DNA from: Candidatus Eiseniibacteriota bacterium
Lineage (GTDB): Bacteria; Eisenbacteria; RBG-16-71-46; CAVPCR01
DNA length: 64,000 bases
NCBI GenBank assembly: GCA_963823555.1
Contig: CAWGMA010000001.1
Coordinates: forward strand, 1,504,001-1,568,000
Reading direction: 5' to 3'
Shown: positions 9,795-19,118 of the stretch, one piece after another
How the letters are laid out: each line of letters opens with the position of its first letter
Numbering within the stretch: the first letter of the stretch is position 1
The notes under the pieces: model-generated
Seen by the model: the letters and a program-made list of their open reading frames with translations, nothing else
Databases searched by the model: none
Told to the model about the DNA's origin: nothing
Translations under genes and position numbers: made by a program

Positions 9795-10199
9795 CTACGC
9801 CTCCCCACGCCGCCTGGCCGCTTCGCGTGCTTCCCTCTCAGCCTTCTTGGCGGCGCGCGCCGCGGCCTTCGCTTCGCGTTCGCGATCTCGCTCCTCCTCG
9901 TCGAGGGTCTCGATGAGCACAAGGAGCCGCTCCAGAGAATCGCGATTCTCCATGAGCTGGGCGAAGCGCTCGTACTGAGCGATGTGGAAGAAGGTCCGCA
10001 CGAAGGGCTCGAAGAAGATGAGCGCCTGACTGCCGATGAAGCTCAGCGGCTTCACCGACTCGAGAAAGAACACCGCTGGCGTGGCCAGCCCCATCCGCAC
10101 CACCCGACCGGCCACGGCAGAGAGCAGGGCCTCGTCCTCCGCTGGGAAGCTCCCTTCGGGGGCCGGCTTCGATCCCGCGTCGTCGCCTGGACTAGTCAT
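9795..10199 (-). CDS. Conserved hypothetical protein
   Basis: VVRMGLATPAVFFLESVKPLSFIGSQALIFFEPF; overlaps the upstream gene; GAAGG RBS. Confidence 0.7.
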   Translation of the reverse strand: MTSPGDDAGSKPAPEGSFPAEDEALLSAVAGRVVRMGLATPAVFFLESVKPLSFIGSQALIFFEPFVRTFFHIAQYERFAQLMENRDSLERLLVLIETLDEEERDREREAKAAARAAKKAEREAREAARRRGEA

Positions 10200-10668
10200 G
10201 AGCACCTTCGCTCTTTCGTTTCGACCTGGGCAAGGGCGAAAGGCGGGCGGCCACCGCGGCGACCACCTGCTCTCGATTGCCGGCGAAGAGGAGCCTCACA
10301 CCACGATAGGACTCGAGCCAGGAGGTGTGTCGGTATGGGCTCAAAGTAACGCCTCGCGCATCGGCGACATAGGTACGGAGAGCGGACCACTCGCGCCGCC
10401 GCGCCCCGAGGACCGATGTGGCGGCCACACCCTGGTCATCGATGCGGAAATTGGTCGGCAAGAAGTACGTGGCCAGCGACAGGAACAGGATGGCCAGGGC
10501 CACGCCGCCAATGATGGGACTACCGCCGTAGATCCCCAGAGCGAAGGCTGCCGCCAGGAGCGCCAGGGCCACGGCACCCGCCTGCGCCGGCCGTTCCGCT
10601 GCAGGCCACGCCCGCCAGAGGAGGGTCGCCGGTCCCCTCTCCTCCTTTCCTATGTCTCCGGCTTCCAC
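10192..10668 (-). CDS. Small membrane protein (2 TM helices + beta-rich C-terminal domain)
   Basis: Two hydrophobic helices, then YFLPTNFRIDDQGV..RRREWSALR..LSPY..WLESYRGVRL; start overlaps the gcvPB stop. Confidence 0.65.
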   Translation of the reverse strand: MEAGDIGKEERGPATLLWRAWPAAERPAQAGAVALALLAAAFALGIYGGSPIIGGVALAILFLSLATYFLPTNFRIDDQGVAATSVLGARRREWSALRTYVADARGVTLSPYRHTSWLESYRGVRLLFAGNREQVVAAVAARLSPLPRSKRKSEGAHD

Positions 10669-12191
10669 CGCAGCTTGAGCTCACGGGCCGCCCGAGCCTC
10701 ATCGAGACGGCGAACGGGGGTCGCATGGGGAGCCTCGTGCAAGAGGTCCGGGTTTTCACGGGCTTCACGGGCGATGTCCTTGAGGGCCGCCGCAAAGCGA
10801 TCGAGGGAGTGCTTGGTCTCGGATTCAGTAGGTTCGATCATCATCGCCTCGTGCACGATGAGCGGGAAGTAGACCGTCGGCGCGTAGAAGCCATGGTCGA
10901 GAAGCCGTTTCGCCATGTCCGTCGTGCGCACCCCGTGCGCCTTCTGCCGGTCGCCGGAGAGCACGAACTCGTGCAGTGAAGGCCCGTCATAGGGCAACTC
11001 GAAGTCATCGAGCAGAAGCGCCTTCAAGTAGTTGGCGTTGAGCACGGCGTTCTCTGTCGCCTCGCGCAGACCATCGGGACCCAGCGCCAGGATGTAGGCC
11101 AGGGCGCGCACGTGCATCCCGAAGTTTCCGTAGAAGGAGTGGACCTTCCCCACCGAGCGCGGCCGGTCCCATTCGAGGACCACGCGACCGTCCTTCCTCT
11201 CGATCGTGGGACGGGGCAGGTACGGTTCCAGCGCAGCCTTGATCCCCACCGGACCGGAGCCCGGACCGCCGCCCCCATGGGGCGTCGAGAAGGTCTTGTG
11301 CAGGTTCAGATGGCAGATGTCGAATCCCATGTCGCCCGGTCGGGTGACACCGGCCAGTGCATTCAAGTTGGCGCCATCGAGATAGAGGAGTGCCCCGGCT
11401 TCGTGCACCCGGGCCGCGATCTGGACGATGTCCTCCTCGAAGAGGCCGAGCGTGTTGGGGTTGGTGACCATGAAGACGGCCGTCCGGTCGTCGAGAGCGC
11501 GGAGCAGCGCTTCGAGATCGACCAGTCCGCGCGCATCGGACTTGATCTCCACCGGTTCGAAGCCACACATCGCGGCGCTGGCCGGGTTGGTGCCGTGGGC
11601 TGAATCAGGGTAGATCACGCGCTTCCGGTCGTGCTCGCCGCGGTCATGGAAATACGCCCGTGCCATCAACAGGCCGGTGAACTCCCCCTGCGCCCCGGCC
11701 GCGGGCTGGAGAGTGATGTGATGCATGCCCGTGATTTCCGCCAGCAAGTCTCGCAGTTGGGCCATCAGGCCGAGGGCCCCCTGGGTGGCCGCCGCGGGCG
11801 CCAGGGGATGCAGGGCAGCGAATCCGGGGAGCGCGGCCAGGGCCTCGTTCACCTTCGGGTTGTACTTCATGGTGCACGAGCCAAGAGGGAACACGTCGCG
11901 GTCGATGTGATGGTTGAGGACCGAGATCCGCGTGAAGTGGCGGACCACCTGGGGCTCGGTGACCTCGGGCAGACGCGGCTCGCTCCGCCGCAAATGTGCT
12001 GATGGCAGCAGATCCTCCAGCGGAGTATCGGGTACATCGAGCGGTTCCAGGCGGTATCCGATGTGGCCAGGAACGGAGAGCTCGAAGATGAGCGGCTCGG
12101 GACCTCCGGTCATGGCACGAGGGTCAGGACCGGACGGTGACGTTCCGGTCTTCTTCCCGGTCTCCTGATGGGTCCGCTTCGGCGCGCTCAT
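10650..12191 (-). CDS. gcvPB: Glycine dehydrogenase (decarboxylating) subunit 2
   Basis: PLGSCTMKYNPK, QPAAGAQGEFTG, DSAHGTNPASA, PLP-lysine motif HLNLHKTFSTPHGGGGPG, MIEPTESE. Confidence 0.97.
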   Translation of the reverse strand: MSAPKRTHQETGKKTGTSPSGPDPRAMTGGPEPLIFELSVPGHIGYRLEPLDVPDTPLEDLLPSAHLRRSEPRLPEVTEPQVVRHFTRISVLNHHIDRDVFPLGSCTMKYNPKVNEALAALPGFAALHPLAPAAATQGALGLMAQLRDLLAEITGMHHITLQPAAGAQGEFTGLLMARAYFHDRGEHDRKRVIYPDSAHGTNPASAAMCGFEPVEIKSDARGLVDLEALLRALDDRTAVFMVTNPNTLGLFEEDIVQIAARVHEAGALLYLDGANLNALAGVTRPGDMGFDICHLNLHKTFSTPHGGGGPGSGPVGIKAALEPYLPRPTIERKDGRVVLEWDRPRSVGKVHSFYGNFGMHVRALAYILALGPDGLREATENAVLNANYLKALLLDDFELPYDGPSLHEFVLSGDRQKAHGVRTTDMAKRLLDHGFYAPTVYFPLIVHEAMMIEPTESETKHSLDRFAAALKDIAREARENPDLLHEAPHATPVRRLDEARAARELKLRWKPET

Positions 12192-13561
12192 CTCCGTGCC
12201 TCCGCGAGTGCCGGTCCCGTCGCTTTCACGCCCGCCACAACGGAACCCAGTCGCTCGATCTCCTCGCGAGTCCGGCGCTCGGTGACGGCGACGAGAAGAC
12301 CCTCCTCGAACTCAGGATCGAGTTGCCGGAGCGGAACCCCGGCGAGAATGCCCGCTGCGAGGCCACGCTCGATCACTGCAGCTGTCGGTCCGGGAACCCT
12401 GACGGCAAACTCACGGAAGAACGCTCCGTCGTGAAGCCGCGGGGCGCCGGCGCGTTCGAGCACGCGAGCAGCGAAGTGCGCCTTCTTCAGACAGTGCTCG
12501 GCGGTCTCGCGGATGCCTTTCTTTCCGAGCAGACTCAGACTGATGGTGGCCATCAAGGCGATGAGGCCGGTGTTGGTGCAGATATTGGAAGTCGCGCGCT
12601 CGCGCCGGATGTGTTGCTCGCGCGTCTGCAGAGTCAAGACGTAGCCCCGCCGCCCATCACGATCCACGGTTTCCGCCGCGAGGCGCCCGGGCATACGTCT
12701 CACGTGCTCAGCCTTGGCGGCGAAGAAGCCGAGGGCCGGCCCACCGAAGCTGGCGAACGTGCCCAGCGACTGCCCCTCGCCGACGGCCACATCCGCGTCG
12801 TAGTCTCCAGGGGGCGCGATGAGCCCCAGCGAGATGGGGTCGACGCTGGCAACGAGCAAGGCTCCGGCCCGATGGATCACCTCGGAGAGATGTCCGACAT
12901 CCTCCAGCAATCCGAAGACGTTCGGGTGCTGGATGACCACCGCAGCGACATCGTCACCGATCTTCTCGGCCAGCAAGGCTGCGGGCGTCGTGCCGCCGGG
13001 TGCAGGAACGGTCTCGAAGGCGAGACCTGAGGCCGAGGCATACGTGCGCGCCACCTCGGCATGGAAGGGATGAACCCCGCCGAGAAGCAGGATTCGCGAA
13101 CGCCGTGTCGCGCCCGCGGCCAGCAGGATGGCTTCGGCGAGGGCGGAGCCGCCGTCGTACATGGAGGCATTCGCCACATCCATGCCGGTGAGCTCGCAGA
13201 TCAAGGTCTGAAACTCGAAGATCACGGCGAGGGTGCCCTGGCTCACCTCCGGCTGGTACGGCGTGTAGGCCGTCATGAACTCCGAGCGCGTTGCCAGCAT
13301 CCGAACCGCAGCCGGAACATAGTGGTCATAGATCCCGGCACCGAGGAAAGAGGCCATGCGCTCGTTGTCGGCGTTCTCGGCGGCCATGGCACCGAGGACG
13401 CGCGACAGCCGGTCCTCGCCATGCGCCGGCGGCAGGTCGAGCAGTTCCTGCAGCAAGAGGCGTCGTGGGATGGACCCGAAGAGCTCATCAATGCTCGAAA
13501 CACCCATGGCGGCGAGCATGGCTCGCCGCTCCGCATCACCCTTCTGAGAGTATCGGCTCAC
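12188..13561 (-). CDS. gcvPA: Glycine dehydrogenase (decarboxylating) subunit 1
   Basis: FLGAGIYDHYVP, TAYTPYQPEVSQG, NASMYDG, LQTREQHIRRERATSNICTN; GTG start at 13561 after a GGAGG RBS. Confidence 0.97.
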   Translation of the reverse strand: MSRYSQKGDAERRAMLAAMGVSSIDELFGSIPRRLLLQELLDLPPAHGEDRLSRVLGAMAAENADNERMASFLGAGIYDHYVPAAVRMLATRSEFMTAYTPYQPEVSQGTLAVIFEFQTLICELTGMDVANASMYDGGSALAEAILLAAGATRRSRILLLGGVHPFHAEVARTYASASGLAFETVPAPGGTTPAALLAEKIGDDVAAVVIQHPNVFGLLEDVGHLSEVIHRAGALLVASVDPISLGLIAPPGDYDADVAVGEGQSLGTFASFGGPALGFFAAKAEHVRRMPGRLAAETVDRDGRRGYVLTLQTREQHIRRERATSNICTNTGLIALMATISLSLLGKKGIRETAEHCLKKAHFAARVLERAGAPRLHDGAFFREFAVRVPGPTAAVIERGLAAGILAGVPLRQLDPEFEEGLLVAVTERRTREEIERLGSVVAGVKATGPALAEARR

Positions 13562-13702
13562 GCCACTTATCCCTCCGCGGAAACGGTCCCGCTCCCGCGC
13601 TTGCGAGCCGCTCCCCACCTCGGGCATGGGAGAGCGCGACATGGCGAACGACATGTTTGGCCGGCATCCGGAGCCGACCCCATCCTGCGTTCGAGGCGCC
13701 GG

Positions 13703-14095
13703 CTACGCCCCGATATGGTCGGCGTACCCCTTGGCATCGAGGAGTGTTTCGAGCTCACTCTCATCCTGGACGCGGATCTTGACCACCCATCCCTCTTCAT
13801 ACGGAGACTCGTTGATGAGGCCGGGATTCTTGTCCAGGTGGATGTTGATCTCGACGACCTCGCCGGAGACGGGAGCGTAGAGGTCGGCGACGGTCTTCAC
13901 CGCCTCAACGAGACCGAACGGTTTCCCCTGGACCGTATTCTCTCCGATGTCAGGCAGCTCCACGTAGACGACGTCACCGAGCTCACCCTGGGCGTAATCG
14001 GTGATCCCGACGGTGGCGACACCATCTTCGATCTCGATCCACTCGTGGTCCTGGGTGTAGCGCAGATCCTCAGGGATGGTTGTTTCTTCCGCCAT
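13703..14095 (-). CDS. gcvH: Glycine cleavage system H protein
   Basis: YTQDHEW, VGITDYAQGELGDVVYVELP, lipoyl-lysine motif VEAVKTV, INESPYEEGW. Confidence 0.97.
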   Translation of the reverse strand: MAEETTIPEDLRYTQDHEWIEIEDGVATVGITDYAQGELGDVVYVELPDIGENTVQGKPFGLVEAVKTVADLYAPVSGEVVEINIHLDKNPGLINESPYEEGWVVKIRVQDESELETLLDAKGYADHIGA

Positions 14096-14175
14096 CAGTC
14101 CTCCCCCTCCGGCTCGTGCCGACGTGGGCCAGCGTCTCCGGGTCCGCATGTGAGCTCCGGATGCGCGTGGCAACC

Positions 14176-15285
14176 TCACTTCGCGCCGGGGCGTCCTCGC
14201 TTGTAGAACGGCTTCGCTACAACATGAGCCGAGAACACCTGGTCCCGAATCGTCACCTCGATCTCATCCCCCAGATTCGCCGAGTTGCTCGCAATGAGGG
14301 CAAGCGCATACGCCCCATCTAGAGTCGGCGCGAACATGCCGCTTGTGACCTGACCGATCGCCTGACCTCTCCACGCCACGCGACTACCCTGGCGCGCGAT
14401 GCGCGCCCCGGCCATCTTAATCCCAACCAGCTTCCTGGGGATGCCTGTTTCCCGCTGGCGCAGCAGAGCATCGCGACCCAGGAACGGTTTGTCGAGCTTG
14501 ACCGCAAAACCGATGCCGGCCTCGAGCGGCCCGATCTCGGGCGTCAACTCATGGCCATAGAGACAGAGCCCCGCCTCGAAGCGCAGCGTATCGCGCGCGC
14601 CCAGGCCAGCGGGTTGGACTCCCAGATCGACTCCCGCCGCCAGGAGCCCGGCCCACAACCTGGCCGCTTGCTCCGCATCGACCATGATCTCGAAACCGTC
14701 TTCCCCGGTGTACCCGAGCCGGGCGATGAGCGCATCGATCCCGAAGACCCGTCCGTGCTGGAAGCGGTAGTAGCCAAGATCATGGACGAGTGCTCCCCCG
14801 CGACCGAGGAGCTCGGGCGCGCGCGGGCCCTGCACGGCGACAAGGGCGCTGCGCGCCGAGATGTCGTCCATCTCGACCCCGGCCGGCCGGTGGCTCTCGA
14901 GCCAGGCGAAGTCCTTCTCGCGGTTCGAAGCGTTGACCACCATGAGGTAGTCACCGGCAGCAACGCGGTAGACGATCAGGTCATCGACCGTGCCGCCGTC
15001 CTCATAGCAAAGCGCCGAGTAGATGGCCTGGCCATCGGCGATGCCGGCGATCCGGTTGGTCACCAGGTGATCGAGGAAGGACTCGGCGCCGCGGCCGTGA
15101 ACCCGGAAGCGCCCCATGTGCGAGACGTCGAAGAGACCGACCGCCTGGCGGACGGCGAGGTGCTCGGGAATGATGCCCGAGTAAGACAGGGGCATGTCCC
15201 ACCCGGAGAAGTCGACCATCTTGGCGCGTAGCTCCCGGTGGGTGGCGTTGAGTGGAGTCTTGTGCGCAGCGAGAGCGGAGTCCAT
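14176..15285 (-). CDS. gcvT: Glycine cleavage system T protein (aminomethyltransferase)
   Basis: MVDFSGWDMP, GLFDVSHMG, GYTGEDGFE, GLGARDTLRFEAGLCLYGHE. Confidence 0.97.
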   Translation of the reverse strand: MDSALAAHKTPLNATHRELRAKMVDFSGWDMPLSYSGIIPEHLAVRQAVGLFDVSHMGRFRVHGRGAESFLDHLVTNRIAGIADGQAIYSALCYEDGGTVDDLIVYRVAAGDYLMVVNASNREKDFAWLESHRPAGVEMDDISARSALVAVQGPRAPELLGRGGALVHDLGYYRFQHGRVFGIDALIARLGYTGEDGFEIMVDAEQAARLWAGLLAAGVDLGVQPAGLGARDTLRFEAGLCLYGHELTPEIGPLEAGIGFAVKLDKPFLGRDALLRQRETGIPRKLVGIKMAGARIARQGSRVAWRGQAIGQVTSGMFAPTLDGAYALALIASNSANLGDEIEVTIRDQVFSAHVVAKPFYKRGRPGAK

Positions 15286-15364
15286 GGGTGTCGGCCGCTT
15301 CCTTGCCCCGCGGCGGGAGTCTGCTGCCGCCCGGTGCTTCCGGGCGGCGGTGAACAAGCGCCCG

Positions 15365-15394
15365 AGTCTAGACCCCCCTTCCGTCGGACGTCAA
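15365..15394 (-). promoter_or_regulatory. Sigma70-like promoter of gcvT (TTGACG-N18-TAGACT)
   Basis: -35 at 15394-15389, -10 at 15370-15365, 80 nt before the gcvT ATG; the spacer includes a G6 run. Confidence 0.5.
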
Positions 15395-15617
15395 TGACCC
15401 GCCGTCCTTATAACCTCCGTTCTTGAGGTCCTTTGACTCTGGGCGCGGGCACCGATCGGGACCCGGCCAGCGCGCGGCCGCCATGTTCCTGGAGCGCTCA
15501 CGGTCCGCCCTGCTCCAGGCCCATCCCCAGGGTTCCTGAAGTCGCCTCGCACATCGCCATCGAGCCCCGGGCCTTGGCAATCCCCAGCGCGAAGCGCGCC
15601 CCAGCCAAGGCGAGGGC

Positions 15618-15646
15618 TGGAAATCATCATCCAGTCATGATATAGT
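15618..15646 (+). promoter_or_regulatory. Putative promoter of the secreted-protein cluster (TGGAAA-N17-TATAGT, extended -10 TGn)
   Basis: TATAGT at 15641-15646 preceded by TGA; TGGAAA exactly 17 nt upstream; AT-rich patch in a GC-rich intergenic region. Confidence 0.45.
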
Positions 15647-15683
15647 GACCGCGTTCACGATGACCGTGGACAAGGAGGTCCCA

Positions 15684-15869
15684 TTGGCCGCCGCAGCGCC
15701 TCCAGCCAGCGCCCCTCCCTCCCCGCCCGAACCGCGGCCGCCCCCGCGCGCTTCCCCTCTCTGCCGACATCTTCTCCCCCAACCCGTCCAGTTCCATCGC
15801 GCCCTTGCACAGTTGGTTGGGGTCCCGCCAGAAGAGCGGACCCTGCCCGGCACTGCGCACTCAAGGTGA
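15684..15869 (+). CDS. Possible 61-aa proline-rich leader/small protein
   Basis: Perfect SD AAGGAGGT (15672-15679) before TTG at 15684; its TGA stop lies inside the RBS of the next gene. Confidence 0.35.
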   Translation: MAAAAPPASAPPSPPEPRPPPRASPLCRHLLPQPVQFHRALAQLVGVPPEERTLPGTAHSR

Positions 15870-15877
15870 GGTCCGCC

Positions 15878-18800
15878 ATGAAGCTAGCCGTCCGGCTCGT
15901 CGCCGCTTCGCTCCTTCTCGGTGCCGCCCTTCCCGCGTCCGCCACCACCCCGATCAGCAGCTGGGGCACCACGATCACGGTCTCGAACGAGACCTATGTC
16001 CTCACCGCGGATCTCATCGATGCCGCCCAGGGCAGCGATGACTTCGCCATCGGCATCGCCCCCGGCGTCAGCGATGTGATCATCGATGGCGCGGGATTCC
16101 TGATCGATGGGCGCGACACCGCCGGAGCGGCAGACGACGACATCGGTATCGCCATGGTTGGCAACTCCGGCGCCCCGATTCGCAATGTCACCGTTCGCAA
16201 CGTTCGCTTCACGGATATCGGCAACGCCGTCTTCGGCCAGGACGATCTCTGCCTCGTCACCATCGAGGATTGCGAGTTCTTCACGGTCAACGACTGGAGC
16301 GCCATCGAGTTCATCACGCTCACCGCGGGAGCCGAGCTCAAGTGGATCACCGTGCGTGAGAACTGGATCCACGACTCGGCCGTCTTTCCCATCAAGTTCT
16401 TCAACTACGCCAATGCCGGGGCCGGCGTTGCCGTCATGCAGCATGTCTACGTCGTCGGCAATGTGATCCATGACAACGCTCGCTCGACGACGCACCCCGA
16501 GAACTGGAATGGAGCAATCGGCTTCCGCCACGGGGCGGAGGATGTCCGCGTCTGGGACAATGTCGTCATTCACAACGACGGGCTGGCCGGTCTCTTCCTC
16601 GGCTCGAACGACGTGGCGGGTGATGTGTTCGATGGAGTTTCGATCCGGGGGAATCACTTCTCCGCCGCGACGGGCAACATCCGGGCTCCATCGGGAACGG
16701 TCGTGGCCTCGGGCATCACGCTTCACCAGGTGACGACGACGAGCGGAGACTTCTCGACGTGGGCGGTGAGCGGCAACTACCTCTATCAGAACGCCAACCG
16801 GGGCATCGACCTCATACCCGGCGGCGGGCCCGCTCCTCTGCCCACGAACGACAACTGGTGGGGTGAGGACGGCACGATCGCCGGCACCTACGGCAACGGC
16901 GCCAGCAATGCCACCGATGCGAGTCCCCTCGATCTGGCCGACGGCATTCTGGCCTCCCCTGATGCAGCCGGCATCGACCGCGCCCTCTCCGATGTCGACG
17001 GCTACTTGGCGCAAGTCGTCCTCCTCAATCAGGATGACGGAGTGCCTGGCATTCGCGGGTTCGATGTCGACTACGACTTTGCCGCGTCGCTCGCTCTGCT
17101 CAGAACGATCGAGGGCCCCTTCCTCCGGTTGCAGTACCCGACGACCACGTTCTTCGACGTGCCCCGGATCGGGGGCAGCGGCAACCAGCGCACGGCGTCA
17201 GGAGCCGTCCTCGGTGGCGGCGCTCCCCTCGCCATCGGCAATGGCGCTCTCGCCATTTCGATCTTCCGCGCCACCGCCGAGGATCTCGGCGCCGGGGACG
17301 ACTACACGATCGACGCGGTCCTGCTTCGGGATCCGTTGAATGTGCCGCTCGCGGTCCTCGGGGATGATGATGCCAATCGTCCCGTTGACGATACCGACCC
17401 CACCGCGGGAGTCGCTTATACCGGTGGGGGCAACGGCTGCTTCAACACCCCCATGGCGAGCATCGATGTCACCGCCGATGACAACCTGGCACTCGAGGAT
17501 ATCCTCTATCGCTTCTACAAGGCGAGCCTCGACCCGGGTTGCTTCGTTCCCGTGGCCCTTGACCTGAACGGGACGGGCTATGGACCGAGCCCGACCGTGG
17601 TGACCTTCGCGGACGGCGACGGGGTCTATCTCTTCGAGGTCCGCGCCAGCGACGACGCGGGCAACTGGACCACCGCGAGCATCACGCTCACCTACGACAC
17701 CACTCCTCCGGCTGACTTTGCCGGTGCCACGGGGGCCGTCGCGGTCCCCGGTCCGGGCACTCCCGCCGCCGAGGAGGTGCTCGTGAGCTGGAACGGGAGC
17801 TTCGAGGCGGGCGGTGATCTTCGCCTGCGCTACCTGCCCTATGGTGGCGCCGTCGGCAACTACGCCTACCCGGAATACGATGACGCCGCACCCACGCCCG
17901 GCCCGCACTACCCCGGACCCGGCGAGGGTACGGAGATCGATATCCCCGATGTCGCCACGGGCAGCGTCACGATCCCGTACCTCCTCGCTGAGCGCTCTTA
18001 CTACTACTACGTCGTCTACGTGATCGACTGCGCCGGGAACCCATCTCCCGGTGTGGCTGGAAGCGCACGCGGGAGCGCGCTCAGTTACTACCTCGGTGAT
18101 TGGGATCCGAACACCACTCCCGCCTGTGCCGGATCGCCGCAGTACGCGAGCGGTAACGGCGAGGTGGATTTCTGTGATCTCATCGGGCTCAGCGCCACTT
18201 TCGGCACCGGCGACGGCCAGCCCGGCTACCAGAACTTCGCCGATATCGGACCGACGACGCCGGGTCCGGGAGTCCTCGATCTCCCGGCGACCGACAATGT
18301 CATCGACTTCGAGGACCTGATCCTGTTTGCGATCAACTTCGGGAACGTGGCACCGCTTGGCGGGGACATCGTGCTCGGCGAGGAAGCGCCCGGAGTCATC
18401 GGCTTCGTGCTCGAACCGAGTGCTGGCGATCGCGACGAACACCTGATAGTTCATCTCACGCTCACCGGCAACGCGCGCGAGGTGAAGGGATTCGAGGCGG
18501 TGGTCGGGCACGCGCCAGGCCTCCGTTTCGTCGCCGCCCGACCCGGTCCGCTGCTCGGCGAGGAGGTCTTCTTCCGCGGCCTCGAGCGCGGCAACACGGT
18601 AAGCGTCAACGCCGCGGTCCTGACTGGAACCTTCGTCGGCTCCGGAGTCGTGGCCGAGCTCGAGTACCAGATTCTCGACCCTGGCGACACCTCCGTCGAG
18701 GTGGTCGGGGCCAAGGTTCGCGATACCACCAACCGTGAGCTCGGCGGCATGGTGACCACTGGAATCGAGGCTCCGGAGGTCGCCCCGGCGGCGACGATCT

Positions 18801-19066
18801 TCCACGCCCCGGCGCCCAACCCCGCCTTCGGAAGCGTGGCGCTCCGCCTGACCCTCGCCCAGCCCGCGGTGGCACGCGTTCGCATCATCGATGCGACCGG
18901 TCGCGTGGTGCGGACGCTGGCCGATGGCCCGCTCACGGCCGGGGATCAGGAGCTCATCTGGAACGGCAGGAACGACGCGGGGCTTCCAGCCCCGAATGGC
19001 ATCTATCTCGTGGAGTTCGCCGCCGGTGCCAACCGGTCGGTGCACAAGCTGATGCTCGTGCGCTAG
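15878..19066 (+). CDS. Secreted modular protein A1: beta-helix, cohesin-like, Ig-like, FN3-like (YPEYDD), dockerin-like, cohesin-like, FlgD/T9SS-type CTD
   Basis: Signal peptide MKLAVRL..LPASA; parallel beta-helix repeats ending in NWWG; YYLGDWD..NGEVDFCDL..DIGPTT..DNVIDFEDLILFAINF; C-terminal PNP..IIDATGRVVRTL..WNGRNDAG..GIYLV..KLMLVR. Confidence 0.85.
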   Translation: MKLAVRLVAASLLLGAALPASATTPISSWGTTITVSNETYVLTADLIDAAQGSDDFAIGIAPGVSDVIIDGAGFLIDGRDTAGAADDDIGIAMVGNSGAPIRNVTVRNVRFTDIGNAVFGQDDLCLVTIEDCEFFTVNDWSAIEFITLTAGAELKWITVRENWIHDSAVFPIKFFNYANAGAGVAVMQHVYVVGNVIHDNARSTTHPENWNGAIGFRHGAEDVRVWDNVVIHNDGLAGLFLGSNDVAGDVFDGVSIRGNHFSAATGNIRAPSGTVVASGITLHQVTTTSGDFSTWAVSGNYLYQNANRGIDLIPGGGPAPLPTNDNWWGEDGTIAGTYGNGASNATDASPLDLADGILASPDAAGIDRALSDVDGYLAQVVLLNQDDGVPGIRGFDVDYDFAASLALLRTIEGPFLRLQYPTTTFFDVPRIGGSGNQRTASGAVLGGGAPLAIGNGALAISIFRATAEDLGAGDDYTIDAVLLRDPLNVPLAVLGDDDANRPVDDTDPTAGVAYTGGGNGCFNTPMASIDVTADDNLALEDILYRFYKASLDPGCFVPVALDLNGTGYGPSPTVVTFADGDGVYLFEVRASDDAGNWTTASITLTYDTTPPADFAGATGAVAVPGPGTPAAEEVLVSWNGSFEAGGDLRLRYLPYGGAVGNYAYPEYDDAAPTPGPHYPGPGEGTEIDIPDVATGSVTIPYLLAERSYYYYVVYVIDCAGNPSPGVAGSARGSALSYYLGDWDPNTTPACAGSPQYASGNGEVDFCDLIGLSATFGTGDGQPGYQNFADIGPTTPGPGVLDLPATDNVIDFEDLILFAINFGNVAPLGGDIVLGEEAPGVIGFVLEPSAGDRDEHLIVHLTLTGNAREVKGFEAVVGHAPGLRFVAARPGPLLGEEVFFRGLERGNTVSVNAAVLTGTFVGSGVVAELEYQILDPGDTSVEVVGAKVRDTTNRELGGMVTTGIEAPEVAPAATIFHAPAPNPAFGSVALRLTLAQPAVARVRIIDATGRVVRTLADGPLTAGDQELIWNGRNDAGLPAPNGIYLVEFAAGANRSVHKLMLVR

Positions 19067-19082
19067 CCAAGTCATGAGGACC

Positions 19083-19102
19083 GGGACGGGGCCCTCCGTC
19101 CC
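19083..19102 (+). other. Intergenic stem-loop GGGACGG-N6-CCGTCCC
   Basis: 7-bp perfect inverted repeat between A1 and the A2 RBS; no U-tract. Confidence 0.45.
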
Positions 19103-19118
19103 GACTCGAGGAGGGGTC

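Noticed and set aside
15290..15640. Glycine riboswitch expected upstream of gcvT
   Set aside because: No conserved aptamer motifs seen on the minus strand, and the candidate promoter leaves only about 75 nt of leader
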